From Rhizophagus irregularis (lineage: Eukaryota), in the NCBI RefSeq assembly GCF_026210795.1, contig NC_089435.1, forward strand, positions 2,170,001 to 2,234,000: 64,000 nt of DNA, written 5' to 3'. Under the pieces are notes generated by a model. It worked only from the letters and a program-made list of their open reading frames with translations. It was not told the origin of the DNA and did not search any database. The translations under genes and the position numbers were made by a program. This document shows positions 13,054 to 26,706 of the stretch, piece by piece. Position 1 is the first letter of the stretch. The number at the start of each line of letters is the position of its first letter.

Positions 13054-13593
13054 TTAGGAATTCTGAAATCCTGTAACTTGGATTTTATCAGAAATAGTTT
13101 CGCTTACTGAATTTGAAGCCGTATTATAGGAGTCGTTACTATCCGAATATACTTGGGAAGTAGATTGAATATTAGTATCAAAAAAATTTTGTTGAATACT
13201 GTTTTGTTGATAAACGGGTTGTTGGACTTGTTGGAATTGTTGTTGAATTTGTTGTTGAATTAGAGAATGCATGTTATTATGCAGTGGAAACTCATGACCA
13301 GGAATACGAGATAAATTAATACTATTATTCAAGCGTCGGGCATTTTCTAATGGGTGTAATTCAGTATATTGATATGTAACGTGATAGATACGTGTATCGT
13401 TTGGTAAAGGAAAGTAAAATTCAAATGTATCGTTTTGAAGTGTGGGAGTTGTAGTACTAGTATTAGACATTTCTACGGCGGTGTTAATGGAAGTGTGTTG
13501 GTCGTTGTTAATATGTAAAGGTGCGAAGTTATTTTCAGTTTGATACATTGGTAAATCAGAATGATCTAGAGAAGTTTGATTATTTAAATTCAT
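13054..13593 (-). CDS. Q/N-rich hypothetical protein, family copy 3 (179 aa)
   Basis: Intact ORF with only a few substitutions relative to copy 1. Confidence 0.75.
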   Translation of the reverse strand: MNLNNQTSLDHSDLPMYQTENNFAPLHINNDQHTSINTAVEMSNTSTTTPTLQNDTFEFYFPLPNDTRIYHVTYQYTELHPLENARRLNNSINLSRIPGHEFPLHNNMHSLIQQQIQQQFQQVQQPVYQQNSIQQNFFDTNIQSTSQVYSDSNDSYNTASNSVSETISDKIQVTGFQNS

Positions 13594-13775
13594 TTTTCTG
13601 AATATTCATGAATATAATCAATTTTATATGAAGCAATTATTTAATATGCCAGAAAAAAAATTAAGAAAAAAAGGAGAAGGAAATAAATATAAATTTTTTT
13701 GAAAAAAAACAGGTGAAAAAAGGGGAATATGGTATCTTTATATATGTTTTGAAAGAGAAGTACTTTTAACAATAG

Positions 13776-13807
<32 letters not shown>

Positions 13808-16187
13808 CGAGGAAAAAGAAAATTCTTTTTTTTTGATTGTAAAATTAATTCCAAGAGGGTGTTAGGATGATTATATATATATTTGATTCTGGTAATTATT
13901 TATAATATTTATTTTTTTTCGTTTTTCGTTTTTTTATAGTGTATTTAATGAGAAGGGTTATTAATAATATTTATTTAAATTATATTAGTAAAAAGTAAGA
14001 GTTTTTGGTTTTTTTTTTGTTTTTCGTTAAATATGTTTCGTTGAAGTTATAATAAAAAATTCTTTCTAAGTCGAAGTATATTTATAACAAATTTTTCCGT
14101 GATTTAAATGTGATTTTTTTTTTAGTTGTCAAACGGTAAATAACCACGAAAAAAAATAAAAAAAAATAAACGACGAACAACTATATATATAGTTGTTTTT
14201 TTTTGAATAGTTTTTTCGAGTTTTTTGATCATACAACTTGTACAACTTGTACAAGTTGTACAACTGCTATGTATATCATATCTTCATGAGTAAATTAAGT
14301 AATTTATCACATTTCTGGTAAGACAGCTAGTAATTTGCAGCTCTGGGCGCGGTTTCTAATCCATGCACGATGCCGATCCTACTGTAAACTGTATAAATAA
14401 ATTTCACGTGATCATATAAACCGCCAGAATCAGTAATTTGTAACATTGCGTAACAGTGTAACCCTGTAACAAATTAAGACAATGTGTGCAGATACACAGG
14501 GTTCACAGATTATGCATGCATTCAATAATTATTCGATCTTTATATCATTTACTAAACAAAAATTTGAGAATTTTTATTCTACTACTACATACTATTGTGT
14601 CACAAGGATGATCATAAGTCATAACTATGTTATTATCGATGATAATTAATTAATAAACTTTAAATAATACTTTAAAGAAGAAATTTAACGATATCAAAAA
14701 AAAAAGAATAAACATCATGGCACATATTAGCATCAGCAATAAAGAAATAATTATGCCAAAATACTTCTGAAATTGATATTCAATTTCGTTCAAGAAATAA
14801 AATTAAGTTTTTCGTTCTTTTCAACCAGGTATATAATGATGATGATGTGTTTATTTTACTAATTATTTTGTAGGATCATGTGGTAAACATCTGGATGGGT
14901 TGGTCTCACAATGGATACATGAAAAAACCTTTTTTACTGTTAGTATTCAATTAAATTTAATTAATATCATTTAGAATTACTATTAGTTTTTTTTTATGGG
15001 GTGGTGGATTTTGTTTTGAACGAAGAGAAATCTTCAATACCATTTTATAACTATCCCGAAATCCTATATCGAAAAATGTATGAAATGTGAAGTGATGGTC
15101 AAGACGCTATAAATTTGATTTATCACTAACAAGACTCAAATATCTCACGGTCATCTCGAAATCATATTCGAAGTATATGCAAATTGGCCTTTTTCTTTTC
15201 GATTTCTTATACCTCATTTATTTTAATATCGCAATGGTATCAATGAAATAAATAAGAACAACCGTCTTTTATCAAAAACCAACTTTCTGAAAAATTTTTA
15301 TAAGGAGTAATTTTCTAATAGATTATCACTAATAGAGATCTCACCAACAATGTTATAATCCAGGACAAAACCAATTTTGGTTACCCAATCAACCAATAGT
15401 CTAAGGTCATTTCGGACCGCAGTCCCCTATAAGTCTCATTGGTTGATATTCTGGACCGCAGTAAATAAAAAATACTTGAATATAATACTGCGCCCCACAA
15501 TTAATAAATTCACCAGACTCCAGACTTCTGCGCTATTTTTAATAATTTCTAATTTAAGATTGTCCTGTTGTGGAATACCCCTGAATAATAAAATTCGAAT
15601 GCGCTTTGAATAGTCAGAATAATCAGTCGCTTTTTTTTCATAAAATGGCAAAAAAGGAAAGTTGAAAGAGACTTAGTATGTCGCACATGGTATCTCTTTT
15701 GTGACTAAAATAGTTAACTTACCTGTTAATAGTTATTTATAGCTGAATATAAAAATTCTAAACAATTTTCCCACTAAAATATTAATATGTTAAATTAGAA
15801 TGTTAGTATGAACTTTTTTATAGGGTGCCGAGCATGAATAGTGACAAATATTCTTTACTATGATCACGCGATTTAACTCCGCTTTAGACGTCCCCTTGTC
15901 TCCCTATTATAGAGCTTAGACTCGTACTCGAACCCAATTTGATTTGCACTTGAGCGAAATTTTTTATTCGAAGAACAGTACTGTAAGAAATAAAAAAAAA
16001 ATACGTTAAAATATTCTATAGTATAATAATAATATAGCTAGGATTTAAGTTTAATTAACAACTTAATTTAGAATAAAAAGAAGGGTCATACGTACATTAT
16101 CAGAAATTTATTATAGCCGAACTTAAAGAGCAAAAGTAAAAATTCAAGATAGAAAAGAGAATAAAATATATTAGTTGAATATATTCC

Positions 16188-16703
16188 TTAAGGAGAATTC
16201 TGAAATTCCCCATCTTGAATGTTATCGGAAATAGTTCCGTTTACTGAGATTGAAGTTGTATCATAAGTATTATTGTCTGAATATACTTTAGTAGTAGGTT
16301 GAATAGTTTCGGATAATTGTTGTTGAATGTTATTTGCGGTATTTTGTTGATAAACAAGTTGTTGGATCAGTTGTTGAATTTGTTGCCGAATTAAAGAATG
16401 TATATTATTATGGGGTGGAAACTGGGGATCGGGAATATGAGATAAATTAATGTTATTATTCAAGAGTCTCGCATTTTCTAATGGATGTAATTCGGTATAT
16501 TGATATGTAATGTGATAGATACGTGTATCAATTGACGAAGAAAAAGGAAAGTAAAATTCAAATGAAACGTTTTGAGACGCGGGAGTTGCATTATTAATGA
16601 AAGCACCCACGTCGTTGATTGGATTATGATCAATATGCTGCTCATTGCTATTGCCCATTGGTAAGTTAGGATAATCTTGTACAGTTTGATTATTTGTATT
16701 CAT
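16188..16703 (-). CDS. Q/N-rich hypothetical protein, family copy 4 (171 aa)
   Basis: ORF track 16188..16751; ATG at 16703 (MNTNNQ) chosen by homology to the paralog starts; conserved core and C-terminal FQNSP. Confidence 0.72.
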   Translation of the reverse strand: MNTNNQTVQDYPNLPMGNSNEQHIDHNPINDVGAFINNATPASQNVSFEFYFPFSSSIDTRIYHITYQYTELHPLENARLLNNNINLSHIPDPQFPPHNNIHSLIRQQIQQLIQQLVYQQNTANNIQQQLSETIQPTTKVYSDNNTYDTTSISVNGTISDNIQDGEFQNSP

Positions 16704-16808
16704 TTTATAAAGCGAAAATATTATGAGGAACCAAAAGTTGGACTGGTTCAAAAATTTTGAAGAAATAGTGAGTATTTAAATGTTTTAAATAAAAAAGGTC
16801 CGAGCAGC

Positions 16809-16995
16809 AAATTGCTCCTCATCATTACACAAATATTACAAAAACAGTTTAGCGTGAGCATATTATAAATTTCCTTATATTACACAAATATTACAAAAAC
16901 AGTTTAGCGTGGGCAAATTAGTTTAAATTAAAAGGTCGGACGCAAAATTTCCTTATCATTACACAAATATTACAAAAAGGTTTGGCGTGGGCTAA
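16809..16995. repeat. Short degenerate tandem repeat (3 copies)
   Basis: attacacaaatattacaaaaacagtttagcgtg.gca repeated three times. Confidence 0.8.
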
Positions 16996-17847
16996 ATAAT
17001 GATTACGAAAAGAAAAAATTTTTGATTAATAATTTGGAAATTTGGTGATATGATTGGCCTAGGTAAAAATTTACGCAATTCGGATTGACATTATTTACTG
17101 AGTACCTAAATTTTCTTTCAATATTTAAATTCTGCAATTTTCAGTACTACTTTTTGGCTAATCTCCTTTTTATATGACATGCTCGTATTTGTTTTATACT
17201 TTTCTTTCAAAATCGCGAATTTTCATTGGTAATTTGCTACTCACATGACAAATGACACTTTCTGCTCATGTGACTTTTTGGTCGGCATTACGGAATTAAG
17301 AAATTAACCATGTGATGAATAAGGACGTGAAAAATAATTTTTTACACCTCGAAAAAAAAATCTGTCCCCCAGATACTTATGAAAAAGGGAAACGCAGAGG
17401 ATGTGATATCGTGTGACAAATATTTTTACTATGATCACGTGAGGGCAGAAAAGTGTCGGTGATATGATACTGGGGGGTAAGATATATAGACTTCTGGCAC
17501 CATACATCAATGAAAACGAAACAGAGCTAGTGTGGAAGAGTGCATAGAAAACAAGCAGTAATAAGCAAATTATTATAAAAAGCTTAGCGAGTACATAATT
17601 TACAAGACACTTTGCTGAATTTTAATTCAAATGTCCTAACGTTTGAAAAATAAAAATATTTTTATATAACTGACTACTTTTGATGGTTCAAATAGATTAT
17701 ATTAGTTATTTTATTCTCTTATATTCAATTAAACCGCTTGATAAGATAAGCATTATTGACTGTTTTGAATAGGTTATTCCAAATTTTATGTAGCATATTC
17801 AGGAATCATTTCTCTTTAGTTTATATAAAATTTTAAGGTAGTCACTT

Positions 17848-17953
17848 TTTTTGTGATTGTGTTAAAATTTAAATACGTTATATCTTTAATATCGGTATAA
17901 TTTTTGTGATTGTGTTAAAATTTAAATACGTTATATCTTTAATATCGGTATAA
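17848..17953. repeat. 53-bp perfect tandem duplication
   Basis: tttttgtgattgtgttaaaatttaaatacgttatatctttaatatcggtataa x2. Confidence 0.9.
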
Positions 17954-18411
17954 TTTTTTTCATGTACTAATGATGCTATCCAAAAAAAACTCGATAATTT
18001 ATTATGAAATAGTTTATAGATGGAAAAAAATTATTAAAATATAGCGAAAAAAAAAAAAATTTTTAATATTATTTTATATATTATCCAAAATCTTTGAAAA
18101 AGCCTTGAATAAAAAAATTGGTTTCATTAAAAATAATAAGAGAAAGAAGAATTCTTAGAATTCTTCATTACAGTATTATCAATAAACCTTATTTTTTTAA
18201 TAAATAAAAAGAAAAAGAAAAACCAATAAATACAAGCTTTAAAATCATTAAAATTTAGTTGTTCGCTTTAATTTATTGAATAAAAAATTCCAAAAAAAGT
18301 AGAATCTAGAAAGAATAATTAAATTAAAACGTCCTTTATAATACGACCGAAAAAAATAATAATAGAATGAATTCTTATTTAATAAATACTATATAATTAT
18401 AATCATATTTA

Positions 18412-20978
18412 TCATAATTTTGCACGAACAGTTTGTGAGGATTTATCAAAATCAGCATAAAGTTGATCAATTATTTTTCGATAGAACTTGGTCATAGCTG
18501 GACGTTTTGTTTTAAATCTATATAAAAAAAAAATTGAATTAATTATTTTTGATTTAATATTTTTAAAGTGATTATAAAAAAAAAAATAAATAAAATAAAA
18601 TAAAAATTAAATTTAAATTACGTTGCAGTTATAATTCCATCTTCAGGTGTAAATGCTTTAGGTTCAACATAAATAGCCTTAATACGTTCAAACCTTTTAA
18701 TATATAATTTAAGAAATAGTTAATAATCAAAATTTAATTAAAAAAAAATGCATATAAACTAATTTAAGGAATTCAGAATTTTTTGATAGAGACAATATAC
18801 TAATTTTTTTTTTAAAAAAAAAACTTACCCGTTTAATCCATATTTTATTCCAACTTGATTCATATTATTTAAAAGAGCATCACAGACTTTTTTATTTTTT
18901 ACATGTTCTTCAAACTCATATGTTCCTCCTAAAAGTTCGTTTGCCCATGGAACAAATAATTCGGGATTCGGAACTGCGATACCAACAAGATATGATTTCA
19001 ATGGATCCCCATAAACAAACAATTGTGCTAATAATAGATTTCTTAAGTAAACTTGTTCAATCTAAAGAAAGTAAAAAATAAAATTAAAATTAAACCTTTA
19101 AATAACTTTTCTTGAAAAAATTATAAAATATTTACTTTTTCGGGAGCAATGAATTCTCCTTGAGATAATTTAAAAATGCTAACTTTACGATCAATTACAA
19201 CTACACAACCTCTGGCATCAATATAACCAATATCACCAGAATGTAACCATCCTTCTTTATCAATCGTTTCTTTAGTCTTCTTCTCATCTTTAAAATATCC
19301 AACCATAACACCTTTACCTCTAACACAAATTTCACCTCGTGGAAATGGTTTATCTTCACTTGTATATCCCATTTCTGGAACATCAACAAGTTTCAATTCT
19401 GATCTAAAGAAAAGTAAATTCGCCAATTATGTTTATATATATAATTCTTTTTTTAAAAAAAAAATCTACCAATCAAACATAACTTACGAACAAACTGGAG
19501 GTCCAACATGAGATGGTTGTGCATCTCCAACCATAGTTGTACAACCTAATCCTGTATTTTCAGTTTGACCATAACCTTCTTGAAAAGAAACAGAAAACGC
19601 AATTCTAAGGAAATCCATCACATCTTTAGCGAGAGGTGCACCTCCAGTACTAAAATATTTAACTCTTCCGCCAAAGGAATCTCTAAATTTGTTTAAAAGA
19701 ATTCTATCCCAAATTGGATGAGTTACAGATCCAGTTTTTTCAAAATTTTCTGTTTTATCTTTGATGGCCTTTCTTGATAATACACCAATAATTCCTGTTG
19801 ATTCAACAGTATGACCTTTTAACATAGCAGCAACCCTATTGAAGACTCTAGGAACACTCGGAAATGCAGTTGGTTTTAAAACTTTCATATCATCAAATAT
19901 ACCAAATATGTCTCCTCTATAATATCCAATTGGACATCCCAAAAAAATAGAACAAATTTCAACATTTATACCAAATACATGAGCTAAAGGTAAATAAGAA
20001 ATAATTACATCTCCAGGTTTACTTTGTGTCACTACAAAATATGAGGCAAGTACTGCTACCATATTTTCATGAGATACCATTACACCTTTTGGATCTCCTG
20101 TTGTTCCTGATGTATACGGAATTACAAATAAATCACTTGACGTTGGTGGATTATATTTCCTTGGATTTTCTTTTCCTAAATTTTCAACTTCAGAAAATTC
20201 ATAAATTTTTATATTATATTCTGATGCCCATTTTTTTACATATTCAGTTAAATCTTCTAATGGATCAATTGAAATTATAACTTTAAGTTGTGGAATTTTA
20301 GGTGCTAGTTTTAACATTGATGTGATATGGTTTGCTGTCATACAAACAATTTGAAGTTCAGCATGATTCGTACAATATTCTATTGCATCATGCCCAAGTG
20401 TATCATAAAGCGGGACAGTAATTAAATTATAAGCTGCATTTGCTTGAATAATTAATTGAAATTCTGGCTTATTAATTGACCATACTCCAACCATGTATCT
20501 ATCCTTTTTTCCATTCTTTACTATAGTATCGTTAATATGAACTAATCCACTTCCAAAATTGGTGAATCTTTCAAGAACTTTTTCATATGTTTCCCAAACA
20601 TAATCTCCATATTTTCCTGTTTTTTTATCAAATGGACGATATCCAAGACATGGTTTCTTTGCATATCTACTAACAGCTATTCAAAAATTATTAATAAATT
20701 ATACGACGCAGTAATTAATTAAAGAAAATACGAGAATTGATTACCATATTGAAAACTATCAAATACAGTGCTAACTTCGGGACATGGCTTTACAACTAAA
20801 TTATCTGGCATAAACGAGTTTCTGTAGATACCTATGAAAAAAAATAAATACAGTTTAATAAATTTTTAAACTAGTTAATATAATTAATTGTTCAACTATT
20901 ACCTGTTTGTCCGGGTCTTTTTGAACCAGAAACGATAACAGTTTGTTTATTAAAATCAAAATTAGTGGTTGTTGACAT
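18412..20978 (-). CDS. Long-chain fatty acyl-CoA synthetase (ACSL/FAA-type), 7 exons, ~676 aa, C-terminal PTS1 -AKL; paralog 1
   Basis: Exons 20978-20903, 20831-20745, 20676-19488, 19403-19136, 19061-18829, 18693-18622, 18517-18412 with GT-AG introns, 2031 nt in total; AMP-binding [44 protein letters not shown]. Confidence 0.95.
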
Positions 20979-21857
20979 ATTAATTGATTTTTTTTTCGTT
21001 GTGTAAAAATCAAAAAGAAAGATACTTTTTTTTTTTAGGTTCGTTTATATCGTTTATATACATACAGTATGTTTATAATTTTAATAATTTGTGCGACTAA
21101 ATAAAACTATACATCAATTAAACTTTAAATTAAATCAAGATTGAGGTGAATCATTGAAAGGGTTGCCAATTTTGGAATCGGAATGTCCCATAGTATTAAA
21201 TTTTTAACGAAAAAATAGGAAGAATGGACGTTTAATAATGTCGACTATCAATGCGGTAAACTTTAATTTATATTATATTATAAATTTTCAAATAATAAAT
21301 AATACTAATTAACGTCATAGCTAAATTAGGTAGTACCAGGGGTATTTTGTACAAGATAATACTGCAAGGGTGTTTATATCGAAATTACCGTTTAAAAGAT
21401 AATAGTAATTTCATAGTGTTTTTTTTCCATTGTATAATTGAATTAGTGTGTAAATCTCTGGCCAATCAGCAAATCCACATTTTACACGTTGTTGCTTGTG
21501 CGATGATTATAATAAGATTTATATTTTTTTTTGTTTCGGACTTCGGATAATTATAAATATAAGCCAAATTTAAATTAAAATTAGATCCCTAACGCTAATA
21601 AGTCATTATGATAAAGTTCATCAATAAAAAAAAGCTCGGGCACGTGATTCATATTATTGGGCTGTAGCAATTGAAATCATAATTGTTAATTCGGAAATAA
21701 AAAATCCCAAAAAGTTAATTAACCGAAGAACGTTGTATTGTTGTTAAATTTTTTACTTTTTTGAGTAACCACAAAGATTAATAAAAAATAATTAAAATAG
21801 TGGTGGAATTTTTAATAATGAAAGTAATCTAAAAAATATTATAAACATTTTTAAATA

Positions 21858-22124
21858 GAAAATTTCTAAGTTTACACGGGGTGTTTGTACACGGGTCATA
21901 TAAATATAATTTTTAATAGACTAATTTTTTGTTTTTTAATTTGAAATTGAATGCTACCGACATTATACTCTTTTACTTTTTATTCTTATTATATTACAGA
22001 TAAATATATGTATTTTCACCTGCTCTGCAAGTTTACTTAAGGCATTAAAGGAGGTTTTGAATGCCGTTTTTAATCTACTAATATGACCCGTGTTTAAACA
22101 CCCCGTGTACAAATAGAAATTGCC
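21858..22124. mobile_element. MULE-like MITE
   Basis: ~45-bp imperfect TIR (aatttcta....tacacggggtgttt..acacgggtcatat); 9-bp TSD TTTTAAATA (21849-21857, 22125-22133). Confidence 0.8.
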
Positions 22125-22255
22125 TTTTAAATAATATAGATTAAAAAGTTAAATAATTAAACTATATTTTATTAGAGAATTGTTTATTATAAATTTATTA
22201 CAATTAATAAATGAAATAAAAATGGTATGTACAATTTAATAAATGAAATAAAAAT

Positions 22256-22497
22256 GTGCTTTTCCCCAAAGTCCATTTCACCGAATGGCCATTTTACCGG
22301 ACATTTCGCCGAAAGCCATTTCGGCGAAGGGACATTTCATCGAAGATATGGAATTTTTCAATTTTCATTTTCTTTTTTATAAGACAAACGTATTACAAGT
22401 TGATCATCAATTTTCCTGTCAATCACTAACATTTTCGAGAAAAAGGTTTCGGCGAAATGTTTATTCGACCATTCTTTCGGCGAAACGTACCGTAACC
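22256..22497. mobile_element. MULE-like foldback MITE
   Basis: Repetitive inverted arms (catttcgccgaa / ttcggcgaaatg); near-perfect 9-bp flanks aataaaaat/aacaaaaat. Confidence 0.6.
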
Positions 22498-22569
22498 AAC
22501 AAAAATTATAATTTATTATAAAAAAAAAGGTTAAAAAGAAGAAGATAAGAAAAATAATATTTTGAATAC

Positions 22570-23731
22570 GGTTGTCCAAAGCAGTCATTCCAGGTGGCGA
22601 ATTTTCGGGATTTTGAAGTGCAGTAACCTGTAACCTGAAAACGTTGTCGGACTGATTCCTGTGAATCCATTTTCTCGATGTAACCTTTTCTCGACAATGA
22701 TTTCTCGACAAGAAAAATTCCCGAATGGCCATTTCCTGGAAAACATTTTTTTTCCCGACATAATATTATCCCGAAAGACACTATCCCGACATGAAATTTT
22801 CTCGAAGTCAAATTATAAAAAATGTAACTGAGTTGGGTATAACACAGGTTCTCCTGATAACCATAATATAATCCTGACACCAAAATCCCGATAAATGCAA
22901 ATCCCGAACGAATTAAAATCCTGACAGTCACAGAATCCTGATGATCTAAAATCTTGAGAGTTAAAATCCTGACTGGGATGACTACATAGTCCTTTTAGTT
23001 AAAATAAAAAAGTTTTCGTTTTAATTTCAATAATATTATAATAATAACGTTAGTTAATTTGAATTAATATTAATAAATTTTGCAAACAATTTGCAATGGT
23101 ATTGATAAAATTTACAAATATTTTGCGTTAATACTGATTAAATAATTCAAATTATATTTAATTATGTTGGATAAATTAAGACCGATACTGCGCCGCAGTA
23201 TTTTTAAAATTATTTGTTTAATTGGAAATTTATAAAATTTATATAATTTTTTTTTTTAGAAAAAAAAACTTTGGGATTTTGACCGTCAGTAGACTGTCGA
23301 TACTATTGTTGTCGGGGATTTGTGGTAAACCCGTACAACACATTATAAATCGCAAATTTTTAAATTTTAATTAGTTTTATCAAGAATAAAATATTGTTTT
23401 GCGAAACTATACAAATAATGTTTACTAATAAATATACAAAATAAACTGAGCAAAAATAATCTATTTAGAAAATGATTATATATTTGTCATCAATATTTCA
23501 AATTAATAAATTTGACGATATTTTTAAACTGTATGAAATTTTTAGCTGCAAAATTCCATAAAGTAATTTGAAAAGATTATCATAAGATCATTATTTTTAT
23601 TTTTTTTTGGGGGTAAAATCAATAAATCATTTTTCGTAATTTCATTTCAGAAAATCGTCATGTCGAGACAATATCATGTCGGGAAAATGTTCATTCAGGA
23701 ATTTGTCTTGTCGGGAAATCTTGCCGTAACT
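22570..23731. mobile_element. MULE-like foldback element containing a nested insertion
   Basis: Arms of tttcccgac/ttctcgac repeats versus gtcgggaaa/gtcgagac; imperfect tttgaa-containing flanks. Confidence 0.55.
22846..23332. mobile_element. Nested MULE-like MITE
   Basis: aaatcccga/aatcctgac repeats versus gtcggggattt; termini aggtt/aaccc; 9-bp flanks gtataacac/gtacaacac. Confidence 0.6.
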
Positions 23732-24199
23732 TTTGAAAATCGTAAATTTGATTAAAAAAAGTATTTAACAATTAAAGAAATTTTATAAATCATTTATTTA
23801 TTAGAAAATCAATGGATTCTTGTGACATTTTAAAGCAACTTCTTTATTTGAATCTCTTGACATATTCTCCTTATGTAATGGACCATCTGTTTACCTGTTT
23901 TTTTTTTTAATTTCATTGAACTGATTGTACGGTATTCATTCAAAGACTACATCAATTTATAATTGCATTTCTTGAATGAAATTATTAATTTTTCATTTCC
24001 ATTAAAATTCATTCGAAGTATATTCACGGTACTTTATTAATACAAAGATAAAAAAAATAACAAGTATGGAATGCAACCTCATGATACATGAAATTTCTAT
24101 GAATATATACATTTATTATTATACATTTATTATTGACTATAGATTATTTTTTCCTTCACGCGACGATTCTTAGTTGCAGGTTTTTTACTAGGCGATGCC

Positions 24200-24430
24200 C
24201 TATCCATTAACAATAACCTCCAAAATTCTCTTTACATTCTTGTGCAACTCGGTTGAATTCTCGATAGCATCTTCCATCAATGAAATTCGATACCCAGTCC
24301 AGTCCTGCTCGTATTATAGATGCCCTCAGTGCTATGAAGAGTGAAATACCAGTCAGACTATACCATAGACGTATTCGTAATCTGGATCGAACGCATCACC
24401 AGCCTTTCGCTTTTTCTTGTTCATATTTAT
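24200..24430 (-). pseudogene. Frameshifted fragment of a Glomeromycota Crinkler-like/endonuclease-fold protein family
   Basis: Minus-strand pieces NKKKRKAGDAFDPDYEYVYGIV / DWYFTLHSTEGIYNTSRT / YRISLMEDAIENSTELHKNVKRILEVIV in different frames; family assignment from recalled motif similarity. Confidence 0.55.
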
Positions 24431-26706
24431 GTTTATCTGGAGTGGCGAAGCAAGTTAGCAATACCCATGAAAATGATACGACGACGAATTTGTGTATCGT
24501 CTAAAGCGGAGTAGTTTTGGCCGGTGTTACGGCATTAAGAAATTATAACATAATCGGGATCAGCGCTAGATCAGGAATTATAATCGATGGTATTATTACA
24601 CAGAAACGTTAGGTGGAATGACTCACGTGATTGATGGCGCAGTTATTTTGGTGTATAGTTAAAACATTCAAACATTTAGCATAGGATGTATAGCAGCCCA
24701 TACAAAGCCCAAAAGTCTTTTCAAAATAAAGGCCCATTTATAATATATGTAACTTAATAAATAACTTCTAAAAAAAAGAAATTTACGTACTAGTTAACAG
24801 TTAAAATACAATTTTTTGATTAAAAACGTAAAGTTCAACGTTTTAATAAAAAAATTTTCTTTAGTATACAATAGATTTTATATTTTTCTATACAGATGGA
24901 ATAATTGACAAAAAAAAATCCATCGGCGTGGGATAAAATTCAAATTATAACGATTATCAAAAACGTGATTCCGAAGACGATCGTATAATTAATTTGGCTA
25001 CATATAAATTAATTGTTCTTTATAATAATTTCTTTTTAAATTGATTATTAAATAATAATACGCAATAATGAATGATAATTAGATAATTAAGAATTACAAA
25101 TATTATTTACCCTACGAAATGAAACTCTAATAATTTGGAAACTTTCAATTAGTAATTTTTATTCTACTGGAATACATTTCACTGAAAATTAACGATAAAT
25201 AAATTTAATTAACATTTGAATTTAAATTGAATAATTAATGTACTAAAAAATGTGGAATGTAAAGAAACTTTAAAATAAAATATTGAGTATATTTTCAAAA
25301 AATTAATTAGCTTAATTTTCTTAGCATCATTTAATTTATTACTTATATAATGACATTTTGAGCATTTTCATTTTTACTGGATATTTAAATAGAGATTCTT
25401 AATTATTGGAAATTTTAATTAAATTCAAGTATTCATTCACTTTTTATTTTTGCAAATGATTTTATCCAGTTCGTAAAAAAAACTAATACTGTAAATATGA
25501 ATTATTGCCATCTTTTATTTATTACTTCTTTTATTAATAAGAAGTATGAAATAAATTTTATATGGTTTTACGCTACCGTTTTCATTGCATCAATTAAATA
25601 ATTAAATCATGTATTTTTTTTAAATATTTAAAACGTTGATTTTTATATACTAATTTAAAAGTAGATATTGATTCATTCATAAGCAAGAATTCAAGAAATA
25701 TCTTTAGAATCAAATTCAAAATTGAGATTTCATAATGAGACTTTTTTCTTCTAACGAACTTCAGCAGCTTATCATTTTTTTTATTATTATTTACTAATCA
25801 TGAATCATATTAATTTTTATATTTTTGGGACATAATTGTTAAGAAACTTAATTTACACAAAATATAACGAGTATTCATCGTCATTTAACAATTTTGTTGA
25901 AACGGTTAACCTTATAAAATTATTTACTAAATATATTAGTTTATTAATTAAATAAGTAGATAATATTAGCTGTAAATGAACGAAAGAAAAGAAACCATAA
26001 TTAATTTAAATAATAAAATAAAATAAAATAAAAATTAAAGGACTATTGATAAAGACCTGGTTCCAAAATTCCGAAACTCAATCGAATGAAAAGTATCCCG
26101 ACAATCAATCTGAATTCTGGATGACCCTTTTCCTGATATCCTGATAATCCAATAATATTTTATTTTAAATTCCTTTATGGGAATTCACAGTTTTAAGTAA
26201 AATTTGTCATCGTACCTTTCAAGGAATAAAACCTTCAGAATAAACTTTTTGAAGCTATTAATGCTTAGACTTGATACACTTTTATAAATACTTATGCGCA
26301 GTTGTAATTTTTTTTTTAAAAAAAAGCTTTATTTCACTTTTAGTTATTCGAAACATACTGTATGAATATAATAAATAAAAATAATTAAATATAAAAATAA
26401 AATAAACTTTGGAAAGTTACGGCAGTGATATAGATAAACCAATATTTTTTATTGTAAGCGTCGCGATCATGTGCAACCGCAACCTAAGATTTCCCCATCC
26501 CTACATATGTCACTGCCCTATAATCTTTATATTTTTAAGAAATACATTTCAAATCATAAAAAAATACGCTAAAATATTCTATCTTATATATTAATAAAGT
26601 AGTACTTAACAACTTTAGTTTAGAATAAAATGATAGGCCATACCTTACACAATCGGAAAATTTTAAAAGAGCGAAAATAAAATTCAAAATAGAAAAAAAA
26701 AATCAT

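Larger units (their letters stand above)
9314..14100. repeat. Segmental duplication, copy B (interrupted by a Helitron)
   Basis: Colinear with 13..2075 once 9892..12792 is removed. Confidence 0.9.

Noticed and set aside
19201..20280. Alternative-frame or antisense ORFs within ACSL1 (similar cases in ACSL2, WDR48, FBP1 and the 36337 gene)
   Set aside because: Shadows of real coding exons
22285..22931. Three overlapping ORFs of 78-141 aa
   Set aside because: They span MITE inverted-repeat arms and have no protein-like features
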